This document shows, piece after piece, positions 12,665-26,600 of a stretch of DNA of 64,000 nucleotides (the stretch's first letter is position 1; the number at the start of each line of letters is the position of its first letter). The DNA is taken from assembly GCF_001194135.2 (NCBI RefSeq), contig NC_068982.1, positions 45,345,665-45,409,664 of the forward strand, in the 5' to 3' direction. Source of the DNA: Octopus bimaculoides (lineage: Eukaryota). Made by a program: the position numbers and the translations under genes. Under the pieces are notes generated by a model. It saw only the letters and a list, made by a program, of their open reading frames with translations, was not told the origin of the DNA and ran no database searches.

Positions 12665-12808
<144 letters not shown>

Positions 12809-12834
12809 GATTCTAATATATCAAGTGACACGCA

Positions 12835-13190
12835 CAGGCACTGTTGCTGATTGAAATAATATTGTTTCCATGTACAAAACTGGCACTTGGTCGGTTACGA
12901 CGACAAGGGTTCCAGTTGATCTGATCAACAGAACAGCCTGATCGTGAAATTAACGTGCAAGTGGCTGAGCACTCCACAAACAGGTGTACTCTTAAGGTAG
13001 ATCTCATGGAGATTCACTGTGACAAGGCTGGTCCTTTGAAATACAGGTACTCCTCATTATTGCCAGCTGAGTGGACTGGAGCAACGTGAAATAAAGTGTC
13101 TTGCTCAACGATACAATGTGTCTCCGGGAATTGAACTTACGGCCTTACGATCATGATCCGAATACCTTAACCTCTAAGCCACGTGCCTTC
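12835..13190 (-). mobile_element. SINE family C copy
   Basis: Reverse complement of the 17245-17560 type sequence. Confidence 0.8.
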
Positions 13191-13937
13191 TCTGTTTCAA
13201 TGTAATCCAGTGAAGATGTTTATTTTAAGAAAGTTAAACTTAAGAGATTGTAATGTTCATACCTTTCACAGAATATTTTAGTTGCGAAAGGAAATTAACT
13301 TTGATTCATCAAAGGTTTACTGTTCTAAAACGTCCACGATATTATTGGAAAAGGATAGCACTGGGTAACACAATTTTCGTCCTTGGGTAGTAACTGTTAT
13401 TTCCTATTTACTTACCCCTAGAAAGTATGAAAAATGGCTAATATTTCCTTCAAACTTTACGTTTGTTACCTTTATTCAAACACCAAAGAATCCCTCTCAA
13501 TACATGGCTATGGTGCTCCACCACTACTCCTGCTCATGATCTGATATGCACATATTGTCAGTCACTAAGGGACATACTCAAGTGATTATGGTCAAGCAAC
13601 TGACAAGCAGAATATTTACTATAACGATATTTCTGCTTCATCAACTCAACGCTGAATGTAATGGAAAATAGGTCAGTTTCAAAACATTGATGTTCAGGTG
13701 ACAAAAGCAAAATTTGAAGGGAGTGGTGGTCATTTCCTTTGATTTCTAGTTAGAAGCAAATAGGAAATAACTCTTATTGATCAAAGACAAAACAAAAATT
13801 GTTACACAGTGTGGTTAATTGAATCGGCACTACTATATGACTGGTACTTATTTAGTTGAGGGAAAAAGACAATATCAAAATAAGTGGCACTTGAATTCAA
13901 ATGGATGGAATAAGGCATTTAATCTGACCCTTTACAA

Positions 13938-14211
13938 TAGTGATTCCCAAACTTTTCAGGCTGCCGCCCCCTTGGTGCCCGCACCTCATTCTTACAGCCC
14001 TCATTCACCACCACCACCACCACCACAAACATAAACCACTTTCTGCTGCAAATTGAAAACAACTGTGTTTCACAAATAAAACTTATAATCAATCCTTATA
14101 ATCTTGTTGTTTTTACACCCATTGCCCCTTTATCACCTCACTTTTCTTCAACACTCCCTGGATCTTTCCACTGCCCCAGCGGAGAAGAACCACCCACTTT
14201 GGGAACCACTA
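13938..14211. mobile_element. hAT-type MITE
   Basis: TIR tagtgattcccaaac / tttgggaaccacta; degenerate 8-bp TSD ctttacaa / cttaaaaa. Confidence 0.6.
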
Positions 14212-14329
14212 CTTAAAAACTTCAACCAGCTCATTATCCAGAAAGAGCAAGTAATGTTGACTTGTAAACACAGGTACAAAACCAGAAATTTTATGGGGAG
14301 TGGCGGGGAGTTAATTACAAACAGCTCAG

Positions 14330-15180
14330 TACTTGGTTGGTATTTTATTTTATCGACTCCTGAATGATAAAACGCAAAGTTGACCATGGCAGGATTGGAA
14401 CTTGGAACATAAAGAACAGGAATAAAATACCTCAAGGAACTTTGTCTGACATTCTAACCATTTTGCTAATCCACTGCCAAGAATGTGTATAATACTGGTT
14501 TCAGATTTTGGCACAAGGTCAACAATTTCGGAGGAGGAGATAAGTCGATTACACCAAACACAATGTTCAACTGGTACTTATTTTATTGACTCCGAAAGGA
14601 TGAAAGGTAAAGTCGACCTTGGCAGAATTTGAACCCAGAACGTAAAGACGGAGGAAATGCCGCTAAGCATTTCGTCCAGTGTGTTCGCGATTCTCCCAGC
14701 TCACCGCCTTGAGCATGTGTAATATTGATTTCAAATTTTAGCGCAAGGCCAGCAATTTCAGGGGATAGGTTAAGTCAATTACACTGACCCCAGTGTTCTG
14801 CTGGTACTTATTTTACCGACTCCGAAAGGATGAAAGGCAAAGTCGACTTCAGCGGAATCTGAACTGAGAACATAAAAACGGACGTAAAGCTGCTAAGTAT
14901 TTTGCCTTGCATGCTAACAATTCTTCCAGCTTGCTGCCTTGAGCACATGTAATATTGACTTGAAGAAAGGCAATAAACTGGCAGAAGTGTTAGCACGCCG
15001 GGTGAAATGCTTAGCAGTATTTCGTCTGTCTTTACGTTCTGAGTTCAAATTCCGCCAAGGTCAACTTTGTCTTTCATTCTTTCGGGCTCAATAGATTAAG
15101 AACCAGTTGCATACTGGGGTCAATCTAATCGACTGGACCCTCCCCCAAAATTTCGGACCTTGTGCTAGAGTAGAAAAGAA
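14330..15180. mobile_element. Cluster of four SINE A copies (three minus, one plus)
   Basis: Copies at about 14330-14480(-), 14496-14710(-), 14727-14940(-) and 14965-15178(+). Confidence 0.85.
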
Positions 15181-15354
15181 TATACTAAGTATTTACTTTT
15201 TAAAAAATATAAATGAAGTGATATTTATATATTACAAGAATATGCAATCATTGTAAATCCGTATACCGTTATTGTTTCCATATAAATATCTTTGTATTTA
15301 TAAATGCCTTCTATGAAATTTCTAATGTCTGAATATATATTTTCTGGAAAATAG

Positions 15355-15512
15355 CACCGAATACATGATGTTCATGCCAAAAGTCTTCCGATGCGATGAA
15401 AATGAATCAGTCCTACTGCAATTCTTCGACTATTATAACTTATGTGTGCAAATAGAGTTACTTGATGTTAAGACCGAAAAAATACTGAAGAAATATTTGA
15501 AAGTATTTGAGG
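15355..15512 (+). CDS. C3-like exon (MG1 N-part): TEYMMFMPKVFRCDENESVLLQFFDYYNLCVQIELLDVKTEKILKKYLKVFE
   Basis: aaatag|c...gagg|gtaagt; phase 2 to 1; resembles the C3 N-terminus Y-x-x-x-x-P-x-x-(L/F)R. Confidence 0.8.
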
Positions 15513-16508
15513 GTAAGTACATTTTCAGAAATTATTTCCATATAGTCTATATTCTAAAAGAATACAAAAGAAGGAAACAAATGAGTTCTTTTTCAGATCC
15601 ATCTGTCACCAAAGTCATTGGTGATCTTTCATCTTTTATGTTTTTCTTGTTTGAGTCATTGAACTGCGACCAGCCATGCTGGGGCACTGCCTTGAAGAAT
15701 TTTTAGTTGAATGTATCGACCCCAGTACTTTTTTTTTTTAGCTACGGAAATGTGAATACACCAACACCAATTGTCAAGTGGTGGTTGGGGGGGGGGGGAA
15801 CACACATGTATATACGACGGGATTCTTTCAGTTTCCGTCTACCAAATCCACTCACAAGGCTTTGGTCGGCTCGAGGCTAGAGTGCAAGACACTTGCCCAA
15901 GGTAGCACCCAGTGAGACTGGATTCGGAACTATGTGATTGGGAAGCAAGCTTCTTACCACATGGCCACGTGTGCACCTATACAGCCACACCCGTGCCTGT
16001 GTGTATAACTTTCATGATCATCATCTGGTCGGGTGACTTACGCTAATAAGACTCATTGGTAATTTGATAGCTGAATGTCTGATGTGCACAAGTCACGGCT
16101 TCAAATGATAGCAGTAGTTCATTAACTGAACTGGTTGATCCTAGCTTTTGACAGTCTATTGACTGTTCATCTACTTAGCATCTAGTGATATTCGCCATGG
16201 ACTTAATAAGTTTATCTGCCGAAATAGTTCGCCTCCACCGTGCTACATCCCATGATTTCAACATAACCATGGCTTGGGTGGTTACCAGGTACTTAACCTT
16301 GTCAGGCGGTTTCCCGTAATTTAACCCGGGTTTGTTTATTTCCACATTTAGAACTAACTTCTAATTAATCTGTAGCTGGGACCCCGACAGCTATGGATTA
16401 ATTATATGTAATTTTAAATTAAATTTAAGGGAACCCAGTAACCTCATTTATAAATGCTTTCATTTTTGCATAGATGTTTATTTAAGAAAAAGCTTGTTTC
16501 TTTATAGC

Positions 16509-16539
<31 letters not shown>

Positions 16540-19500
16540 NNNNNNNNNNNNNNNNNNNNNNNNNNNNNNNNNNNNNNNNNNNNNNNNNNNNNNNNNNNNN
16601 NNNNNNNNNNNNNNNNNNNNNNNNNNNNNNNNNNNNNNNNNNNNNNNNNNNNNNNNNNNNNNNNNNNNNNNNNNNNNNNNNNNNNNNNNNNNNNNNNNNN
16701 NNNNNNNNNNNNNNNNNNNNNNNNNNNNNNNNNNNNNNNNNNNATATATGAATGAAAGGTATGTGGCCTAGTGACTCGGCTGTTGCACTTACGATTTAGT
16801 GATCGTGGGTTCGATTCTCAGACTGGGTGGTGCGTTGTGTTCTTGAGCAAAACATTTAGTTTCCCATTGGTCCATTTCCCTCAGCCAATGGAGTGGCATC
16901 ATTTGATGGCTAAAACGATGCAAAGCGCATTGTGACCAGTGATGTGTTACAACATCTGATATTCTGGTCGGTCACATGATCAAGTGAACCAACTGGTTGT
17001 AGCAGTTATAGAAGAATAGGGAGGGAAAGTCCTAGAATCCCGTCAAACTATGTTGGTTTGCCTTGACATTATGCATTGGCTCAGAAAATCCCACTTCCTC
17101 CTTAATTTGACTCTATTTCCACTACGAAACTCATTCTAATAGTATTGCATGAAAATGACGTACAATTAAGAGGAATCTGGGCTTTTTTCAGCAGAAAATT
17201 ATGAAACATTTATTAAAAGATTTATTATTATCAGAATGAATGTGCATGGCTTAGTGTTTAGGGGTATTCGACTCACGATCGCAAGGTCGTGAGTACAATT
17301 GCCGTCGATGTGTTGTGTCCTTGAGCAAGACACTTTATTTCACATTGCTCCAGTCCACTCAGCTAGCAAAAAATGAGTAGTAACTGTATTTCAAAGGACC
17401 AGCCTTGTCACACTCTGTGTCATGCTGAACCTCCCTGAGAACTACGTTAAGGGTACACATGTCTGTGGAGTGCTCAGCATGTTAATTTCAAGAGCAAGTT
17501 GTTCCATTGACTGGATCAACTAGAACCGTCGATGTGGAAACCGATGGAGTGCCGGTATTATCAGAAGGCATGGATCAAACACTATAGTGACTGAAACTAG
17601 TCTAAGAATTAGTGACTCATTGAAATAAGTTCAATAAAATGATCAAAGACATAGACACCATAAATGGTTATAAGCTATTTATTTGCTAAAACTATATTTG
17701 TTCAAATGGGTTTCTTATTTCTTTACTGCCCACAAGGGGCCAAACATAGAGGGGACAAACAAGGGATTAAGTCGATTACATCGACCCCAGTGCATAACTG
17801 GTACTTAATTTATCGACCCCGAAAGGATGAAAGGCAAAGTTGACCTCAGCGGAATTTGAACTCAGAACGTAGCGGCAGACGAAATACCGCTAAGCATTTT
17901 GCCCGGTGTGCAATCGTTTCTGCCAGCTCATTACCTCTTTTGTTCAAATGGGTTTCTGCACCCACTGGAGTTTTATGGGCTACAACTGGAGTAAAGCACA
18001 ACTGTGAATGCTGAGCTTCAACTCCAAACTTTCAGTAAAGGGAATAGCCATATGCATTGCTATACACTACTTTCAGGGGTAAAAAAAACATAATGCCATC
18101 TATTCATTGGATTCAAAAAGAATTAATATAAGCTAATGGGTCTTGATGTGATAGGGAGACACAATGCTATAAAAATTCATGAATAAAGTATCACAGACAT
18201 TTTGTAGTTTATGTACGTCGTGTGATTCGGATAAAACCGTCATGAGGACTGACGTCAGACTTAGGAAGCACCAACAAGTTGGAATTTTTCCGTATTAATG
18301 GGGATTTTTCAGATCTTTTTTCAAGGTGCTCTTGGAGATGCTCTAGATTATCTTTTTAGCAAAAAAATTTTGCAGAAAATAATGGGTTTTTAATCCCTCC
18401 CATACACACACCACATCTTTTCCTCTCTGGACTGAATTTGGTCGATTTTATGGGCACTATGCACGATGATTTTGTGGGGCACTACGCACTTAAAGACTGA
18501 AGGAGAAAGGAGCCTTTTTGGTAACAAAAAAGTAAATATTTTCAAATGAAAAGGTGTGTGATTTAAGGGAGATTTGGTTGTTGTTTCTAGCATATCCCAT
18601 GACCACCTTCCACATTTCTTTCCCACTGTGGCAAATATGGATGTTTTTCAATATTTTCTCCCCATTAATAAACTCATTTATGCAATGAAAAAGAAATTTT
18701 TTTGAAAATTTATGATTTTTATTAACCCTAAACCTTACGAGTCAAGAGATATGTTAGAAACAACGACCAAATCTCCCTTAAATCACACATATTTTCGTCT
18801 GGAAATATTTACTTTTTTTTTTGCCTATAGTTTTTAAGCACGTAGTGCTCCCCTTTGCCCGAATCATCGTGCGTAGTGCCCACAAAATTGACCAAAATCG
18901 GTCCGGAGAGGGGAAGATGGTGGGCAGGGTAAAAAAATTCCATCATTTTTTGCAAATTTTGGTTGATTCTGTGGGCACTACGCATGATAACTATGCACTT
19001 AAAAACTATAGGAGAAGCCTTTTCGGTAAAAAAAAAAAAAGACTTAGAAGATAGTCCTGAGCATTTACAAGAGGATTGTGAAAGAAAATCTGAAAAATCT
19101 GTCAAAACAGAGAAATTCCAACTTGTTGGTTCTTCCCAAGTCCAACGTTCGCCAAAATGAGTTCTGACTGGTCTTATTCTCATACATTGTATATTTTCTA
19201 GTTGTTATAAATATTTTCTTATTTTTCATTGTACGAAGTTTTAAACTCTTTAAGTGTTATATTTTTGTACTTTTTAGGAAACCAAGTTTTATTCAACATC
19301 AGTGTTGAAGGAAATGAATGCCTGAATGATGAAGTGATTTTGAATGTTACTGGATATAAACCGCAACGTATAATTGAAGGAAGACAGTTGTGTAGTGACA
19401 GGATTGATGATTCAATTAATATGAAACAAATACTTCCTATAAAGAGAACATTCGGGCACATTTTCATTCAGACTAATTTGCCCATTTATCGACGAAATGA

Positions 19501-20613
19501 AAAAGGTGAGTAATTACTTTATATTTTATTAAAAATTCAATAAAATAAGTTTAATATTATGATTGATTCAGTTTAAAAGTTTTAATATTTATTGATTTTT
19601 AAGGTGGCGAGCTGGCAGAAACTTTAGCACACCAGGCGAAATGCTTAGCGGTATTTTGTCTGTCTTTGTGCTCTGAGTTCAAATTCTGCCGAGGTCAACT
19701 TTGTCTTTCACACTCTCTGGGTCCATAAAATAAGTACCAGGTGAACACTAGAATCGATTTAGTCAACATAGCCCATCATCAAAAATGTACAATAACACCA
19801 GAGATCAAGAAGATTTATAAGGTATACTTTGACTGTCCACTTGGAGATCAGGACAAGTTATGGGCACTACATTTTATCTGCTCAGCTTGCTCAAATGGCT
19901 TACGTGACTAGTTCAATAATAAGTCCATTCCAGTGATATAGAGTTATTTTTGCAAAGTAAGTCACAGGATTTTCTATGAAGAATAAGCACAAAATTTGTG
20001 TATCTAAATTTGGACTCTGCAATGAGACCTGTGCCCCACAATGGAAGTTTGCCAATTCCAGTTCCACTAGATGATGGTATTGAAACATAAGACGATAATG
20101 CTGACTGTCACGATAGTGCTGCTGTGCTGCCGAGGAAGATTTGCATGGCTGATGATGAACATGGTGAAAGATTTCACCAGAATATTAGTGCTATGGAGAA
20201 ATGGCAGCAAGGCTTCTGGAATGACAGTATGCTGGCTGACTACTACTGGACACATTACTGTGATCAACCAGATCAGGAACACCGCAGGAAATCCAAATCA
20301 CAATGTTTCTTACTCTGTTGTTCTAACTTTGGTTTGTCTGACCCATTTTTTGTGTGTTCACTCTTTGTAGAATGGTAGTAATGATTTTTAACTCAATAAA
20401 CTCATTTACTTTCTAAAAATAATTCCCTTATTTATTACGTTAACGATTTCATATATACGGATATGTAAATATTTGCATGTATCTATCGAAAAACTGATAC
20501 GTGCTGCATACAAATGGAGTGAAATTTTGAAATCAACATATAAAATTAGTCTTAAAAAGTCGTTTGTATTCATAATGAGTATAATACATTTAATTTTGAC
20601 CACCACCACCACC

Positions 20614-20647
<34 letters not shown>

Positions 20648-23600
20648 TCATCTTCTTCTTCTTCTTCTTCATGAAGGCAGCGTGCTGGCAGTATCGTTAG
20701 CATGCTGAACAACATGCTTAGCGGTATTACTTAACATTTTCATTTTACGTATTAACAACGTGCTGCAAAAAAATGTTAATGTGTCAGTGACATTTTATGA
20801 ATGTTACTGGCTCAGTTAATAGTGGAAGAGAAGTTAAACTTCCTTGTTGATGTTGATCCAAGAATGAACTTTGAATTTATACATATTTACAAAAGCCAAT
20901 TTGAGAGTTTCTTTCATGGTAATGGTAACTACCGCAGTATAGTTTGTTCTAAAAGAGCATCCATGTTTAAGTGGGGGATAAATATTAACTATTTATTAGT
21001 TTGCCGATCGCTGTTCAGTTACACTTCTTCAGGTCATTACGAAACAACCTGTCTAATGGTTCTGAGAGGGTCACGTAAAACACCGTTAAGATCTGGCATC
21101 TCTTGAATACAAAATTTGTTATTATTTTTAAATCACTACTTCACTGCATTGAGTGTTGTTTTTGATGACTAATAGCCTGTCATTATACAACACTTGACAA
21201 CTATCTGGATTGGCCCCAGTCAATATTTAGTAGCATAGCTTGGAAATGGGTGGTTATGGGGGAACTCTGCCCTGAACAACGCTTTTATGGAGGCAGCACT
21301 TTTGAATCTACTGTATAAACCAAAATAAAGGGGTGAAAATAGAGGGCCGTCAAACATAAGGGCTACCCCGGGCAGTACACACTCTAGCTACACCACTGTC
21401 GACATTGTTTCTTTCTAGTCATAACAGTCGATACCATTATTTCTGTTTCAGCTACAGTTCAATTTTAAGAGCATTTGGGATTAACTATCAATAGATTCTA
21501 TTTCCTTTTCTGTTTAACCTTGTATGTTGAATGTTTCCGCAAGTATTACTGATATATTGTAGTACATAATAAGAACAATCTAATTGTAAAATCTTTCTGA
21601 ATCCACTGTTATTCTAAAGTTACCTTTACTTTATCATAATCATAGAATGTCTTCTCATCTCTCCTTTGGTATTTGTTGTTCTCAAGTATCGATTAACCTC
21701 TTTTCTTCGAAGTTGCTGGCTTTTTGCCTAAACCAGAGACAAAAAGATAAAACGACAGTGAACTAGTAGAACCGTTAGAGTGTTGGAAAAATTGCTTTGT
21801 GGCATTTGCTTTGACTCCTTACATTCGGAATTCAAATCCTGCCCATGTCAACTTTGCCTTTCATCCCGCCAGGGTTGATAGAATAAAATACCAGTCAAAT
21901 ACTGGGGTCAGTGGTATCGACCCCCATCTCTTCAAAATGACTAGTGTTATGCTTAAATCAGAAATCATTAGTGATAATATGTGTAACCTAGTGACAGAAA
22001 ACAACAACAGTTCAGAGAGTGTATCTTCAAGAAATATTTCTTGTAAGAGATTCATAGTATTTCACTGCCTCTTGTTCAATGACAAAATGGCCGAGCAAAA
22101 TACTTTAATCTTTTAAAGGTAGTAATTTTTCAATGCTACTATTCATTGTTAGACATCAAGAATCTAATTATGATTACTGAACTGAAACGAAAGCATTTTA
22201 TAGTCTACTCATTTTCTTATGAGGTTTCTGAACTTAGAAAACAGTCTATTTTGCTTTTATCTATTAGTTGTTCAGTGTAGTTCCACACTGCTCCTTCTGT
22301 TAGTTTGTTGATAATTATTATGTCATATTTTAAACTGTAATTTTTGCCTAATCAGAGCTATTAGTTTTTTTTTTTTTGGTGTACGTTATGTTAATGTCCA
22401 AAGTAAGAAGAACATCGGGCAAAAATACCGAAATGATTATATGCCTGTGTTTTTGCTTGGTTAGCTTTATATAAGGATGTATGTGATAATGTGTGTGTGT
22501 GTGTGTGTGGTCTTCAGTGTTTATTTCATCGTTTAGTTTTGAGATAATAACTATTGTATATGAGCTTTTTAAATAGTTTCCATATTTGGTGGCACTAAAT
22601 CATGTGCTCTGCAATTTTGTAAAACTCAGCTTCTCAAAATAGGTATCGAGACAATTAGTCTTACATAATGATGTTCCCCAATGGTCACAACTACACCCGC
22701 ATTACACGTTTGCCTTTCCCTATTCTGGTGAGCTCAATTGCGTTTGTAAATTCTGTAAGTAGTGATGTGTACATCCTAGGAATAGTTTTTCTTTTTTTTG
22801 TATGTAAAGTTCTTACATTGTAGCTTCTTGTGTGTCAGTCTTAACATTCATCATAAGACTAAATTCAGTAACCCCCACCTCCTTATATCCCAGTTGTCAG
22901 TCACTGCTTTTTATTTTTTATATTGAGTCTACTTCACATTCATTTAAAATTAGTTCAACCAAAGCTGAAAAAATTTCTCTCTATCTTTATTGTACACTGC
23001 AAGAGTCTTTAAAAGTGCATGGGTCTTGAACTAGAGGACATTTCAGCAAGTGTTCCATAATTTATGTATCTTTGTCGTATTCACACATGGTGGTGTTGGA
23101 GAAGCTGTAACTCCATTTGTTGAGTATCACATTGACTCGTCCAACATCATTCTTGGTCGATTAAAACATTTCCACTTTGCCCAGCTCACATCCACATTAA
23201 GTGGTAACTGTCTTCTTGCTACCCACCAGCATGACACTTTTAGGTCTGCTGTAAGCAATATGTGTTTTTTGTGGGGTCTGGGGGGGGGGCAAACGGAAGG
23301 GCCGCCTTGGGTGGCATACACTTTAGCTACGCTAGTGTTGCTACCACTTCTGTTATTGACGAGAGTGGTAGGATGGTCTTTTCTTTCTTCCCTCAAAACA
23401 AACAGTTTTTTAATCTCAGTACTGGCCTCAAAGAAAGTAATACACTTAAGAAAGATTTTCCTTGACATCAGCTGACTTTGAACTGTTATTTCGTCGAACA
23501 TTTATTTTCTGCCGATTACATTCCTTCATACGGATTCAAAATGGCTGGTGATCTCACACCTGCTGGAATATGAAGGCTGTCAGTTTCTTCTGAAGTAAAC

Positions 23601-26600
23601 TTCCTGTGATCAGTCGACACAAAGCATTAACGATGGGATCTAGCTTCTTACCATTGATTGGTCTTTCCTGTTCTAGTGGACTCAGTCATGGAATACTCAG
23701 CAAAATGTTCAAATAGTTCAACACAGGGTCTGAGGATCATGCTACTGAGAGTTGGCGCAATGTTTCACAGGTTTTCAGTTGGAAGGGGCACAGTTAGGTC
23801 TTAAATGAATTGGATTCTACTCATAATACAGTGTTAGCTGATCAAGAAAATTGATCACTTCTTATACTACCGAGAAATTTTAATCGTATGCAGCAGATCA
23901 TCAGAATGATCATCAGATCATCATAAATCTGCATGAATCACCACTTCCTGTTTGGTAATTGACACAGGTACTGAAAAGCACGAGCAAGCACGTTCGTTCC
24001 CTCGAGGCAGACTATTCTGTGCATTTTTGTCAACAGGAAACAAGTCTATTTTGGTAGCATTTTTGCTGATAGGGAACAACTTCGTTTACATCTCAACTCC
24101 ATAAAAATATGTTCTCCAACATTCTTTCATTCAGCTCTGCAAGCTGGGTGTCCTTAATGCTGGCTGAGCAGATACAATTGATTGTATTGTATTCTGCAGA
24201 GAAATCAACAAAAAGTGTACTGGTTACCATCCATTTTTCAAGGTCATTTTCGATGTGGTGTTTTTTTTTATTTTTTTAGAGAAAGCCTATTTGTCTTGAG
24301 AATAGGCGTTACATCAGCTGCTGGCACTACTCCATTGATGGTTAGGCATTCAAAGAGATTGACTACTGAGTGTGATTGAGAAGTAAGCTCAGCATGTAAC
24401 TTTTGCAGATTAATGTGTCTTCTTTGTTTCAGCTGTACTGTTACACGAATCGTTTTCTAGATCTGATGTAGTTTATATGTTGTCACATAATGATTGTGTA
24501 GCTGTAAGAACTTCGATGACGTGTTCTGATATTGAGGTGACTTCGAGCACAAAGGCTGCCCTTTCAAAATTCACATCATCATATTGAAAAACTCAGTAAG
24601 GACTTCGATATCGTGTATTGATATTGAGGTGACTTCAATTACTGAGGCTGCCCTATAGATCTTCGCATTACCATATAGAAAACTCAGTAAAAACTACAAT
24701 ATCGATATTTTGCTAAAATGTTTATTTCACTTTCAGCAAAGTCATTCTTTTCAACTTCATTTTCTTGTGCTGTATTTTTGTTTTGTTTCTGTTTATTTTT
24801 TCCTGCCAATTTCTTTTATATTTCTATTAGCAATTTTTTAAGACCGGTAATTGTACTATCGGTCTATGTTGTCAAACTGTTAAGTTACTCCTTCCACCCT
24901 CCACCCCCATTTCGAATCGAGCTTGGTGCAAATAATCTTCATGCGCAATTACATATTTTTTCTCGACTGGATATCTTTCGTTAGTATTTTGAATAGACTT
25001 TTTACATTATATATTTTGATTTTTTAGCATATGTTGCGTGATCATTACATCAGTAAATTGTTTTCTCTCCTTTTCCTATATCGTCATACTATCGCAGTAG
25101 ATTTCTTATCAAAAGCAATAATTTTAGAACAAAGCAGCATTTTTCTCAAACTATTCATCGCTACTCTCACTATTAATACTACTTTTGTGTGTAGGGACTT
25201 CCACATAATTGGTTTGTTGCCTCAACCTATTTATACGATATTTTAATATAACGACAGCTATGCATGTCGGGCGAGTTAATGGTCAGGAAAACTTATCTGT
25301 ATAACCATAAATACTAGCATTGTTCATCTTCAGCTTAGCTATTTTTAGTCTTTTAATAATATTTACTTACGAAGGTGTAGAATTATTAGCACACTGGACA
25401 AATGCTTGGCGGAATGTCGTTCATTTTTACATACTGAGTTCAAATTTTGCCGAGGTCGACTTTGCCCCTTCATCCGTTCGGAGTCGATAAAGTAAATACC
25501 ATTTAAACACTGGGGTCGATGTGATCGACTTATCCCCCTCCCGTAAAACTGCTGGCCTTGTACCAACATTTGAAAAGAGACGGTGAATTAGTAGTACCAG
25601 TTAAGTGTCGAACAAAATTTTCTTGCACTGTTTGTTTCGAATCGCTTTGCTCCGAGTTCAACTCTCATCGAGGCCGACTTGTCCTTTCATTCTTTTGAGG
25701 TTGATAAAAAAAAAGAAGTACTAGTTCAGGTAGGGGGATTGACAGACTTGTCAGGGGTATCAGACGAGATACCTTACGGTAGCATCTGCTCAGTGTATTC
25801 TGAGTTCAAGTCCCACTTTCTATTATTCGACAAAATCAAAAGTAAAAAAACAACCCCTACCTCTTCGATCATGCTTCATTACCTTGTCCCATGTCTTCCT
25901 GGATCTACCTCTTCGACAGGTTCCCTCCACAGTTAGAGATCGGCACTTCTTTACAAAGTTGTACTCATCCATACGCATCACCTGGCCATGCCAGTGCAGT
26001 CGTATAGTTTAATAGTAATCAGCTCGATAAGAAAATCGGTTACTATCGTCATTATTAATTTAAAATCTCAAGAAATAAGTATTAATAATCAAAGTGCTAT
26101 TGGAACTTAAAAAGGAAAACCACGTGAATAAATGCAATATTTTATCTAATTCAGCATATTACGGTTTATCTTTTGTCTTGCTTGTTTCAGTTATTAGATT
26201 GCGGCCATGCTGGGGCACCGCTTTGAATAACTTTAGTCAAACGAATCGATCCCAGGACCTATTTTTTTAAAGTATGGTACTTATTTTATCAGTCTCTTTT
26301 GTTGAACCGCTAAGTTACGGGGACGTAAACACACCAGTACTGGTTACAAGCGGTGGTTAGGGAAAGCAAATAAGTGAGAAGAAATATAATTAGTTGCAAT
26401 GACCTTTTATTTTTATTGTCATCGTTACACTGTAAGATACAGTTTCTTCAAGTTGTTGTTATACACAGATTATTTGCCGTTCTGGTTTCGATTCTGTAGG
26501 TAGTTAAATTCATTTTTTGTTGAATGCTAGGAGAACAGATGAAAGAAGGAGAGAGAAAGAGTAAAAGAATTTAGACAAGTAAAGAAAGTGGAAGTTGTGT

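Noticed and set aside
13588-13671. Signal-peptide-like frame MVKQLTSRIFTITIFLLHQLNAECNGK followed by a gtcagt donor
   Set aside because: It ends in TAG immediately before the donor and would need a 1-nt deletion to join exon 15355. It also appears to lie in repeat-like sequence, so it is probably coincidental.
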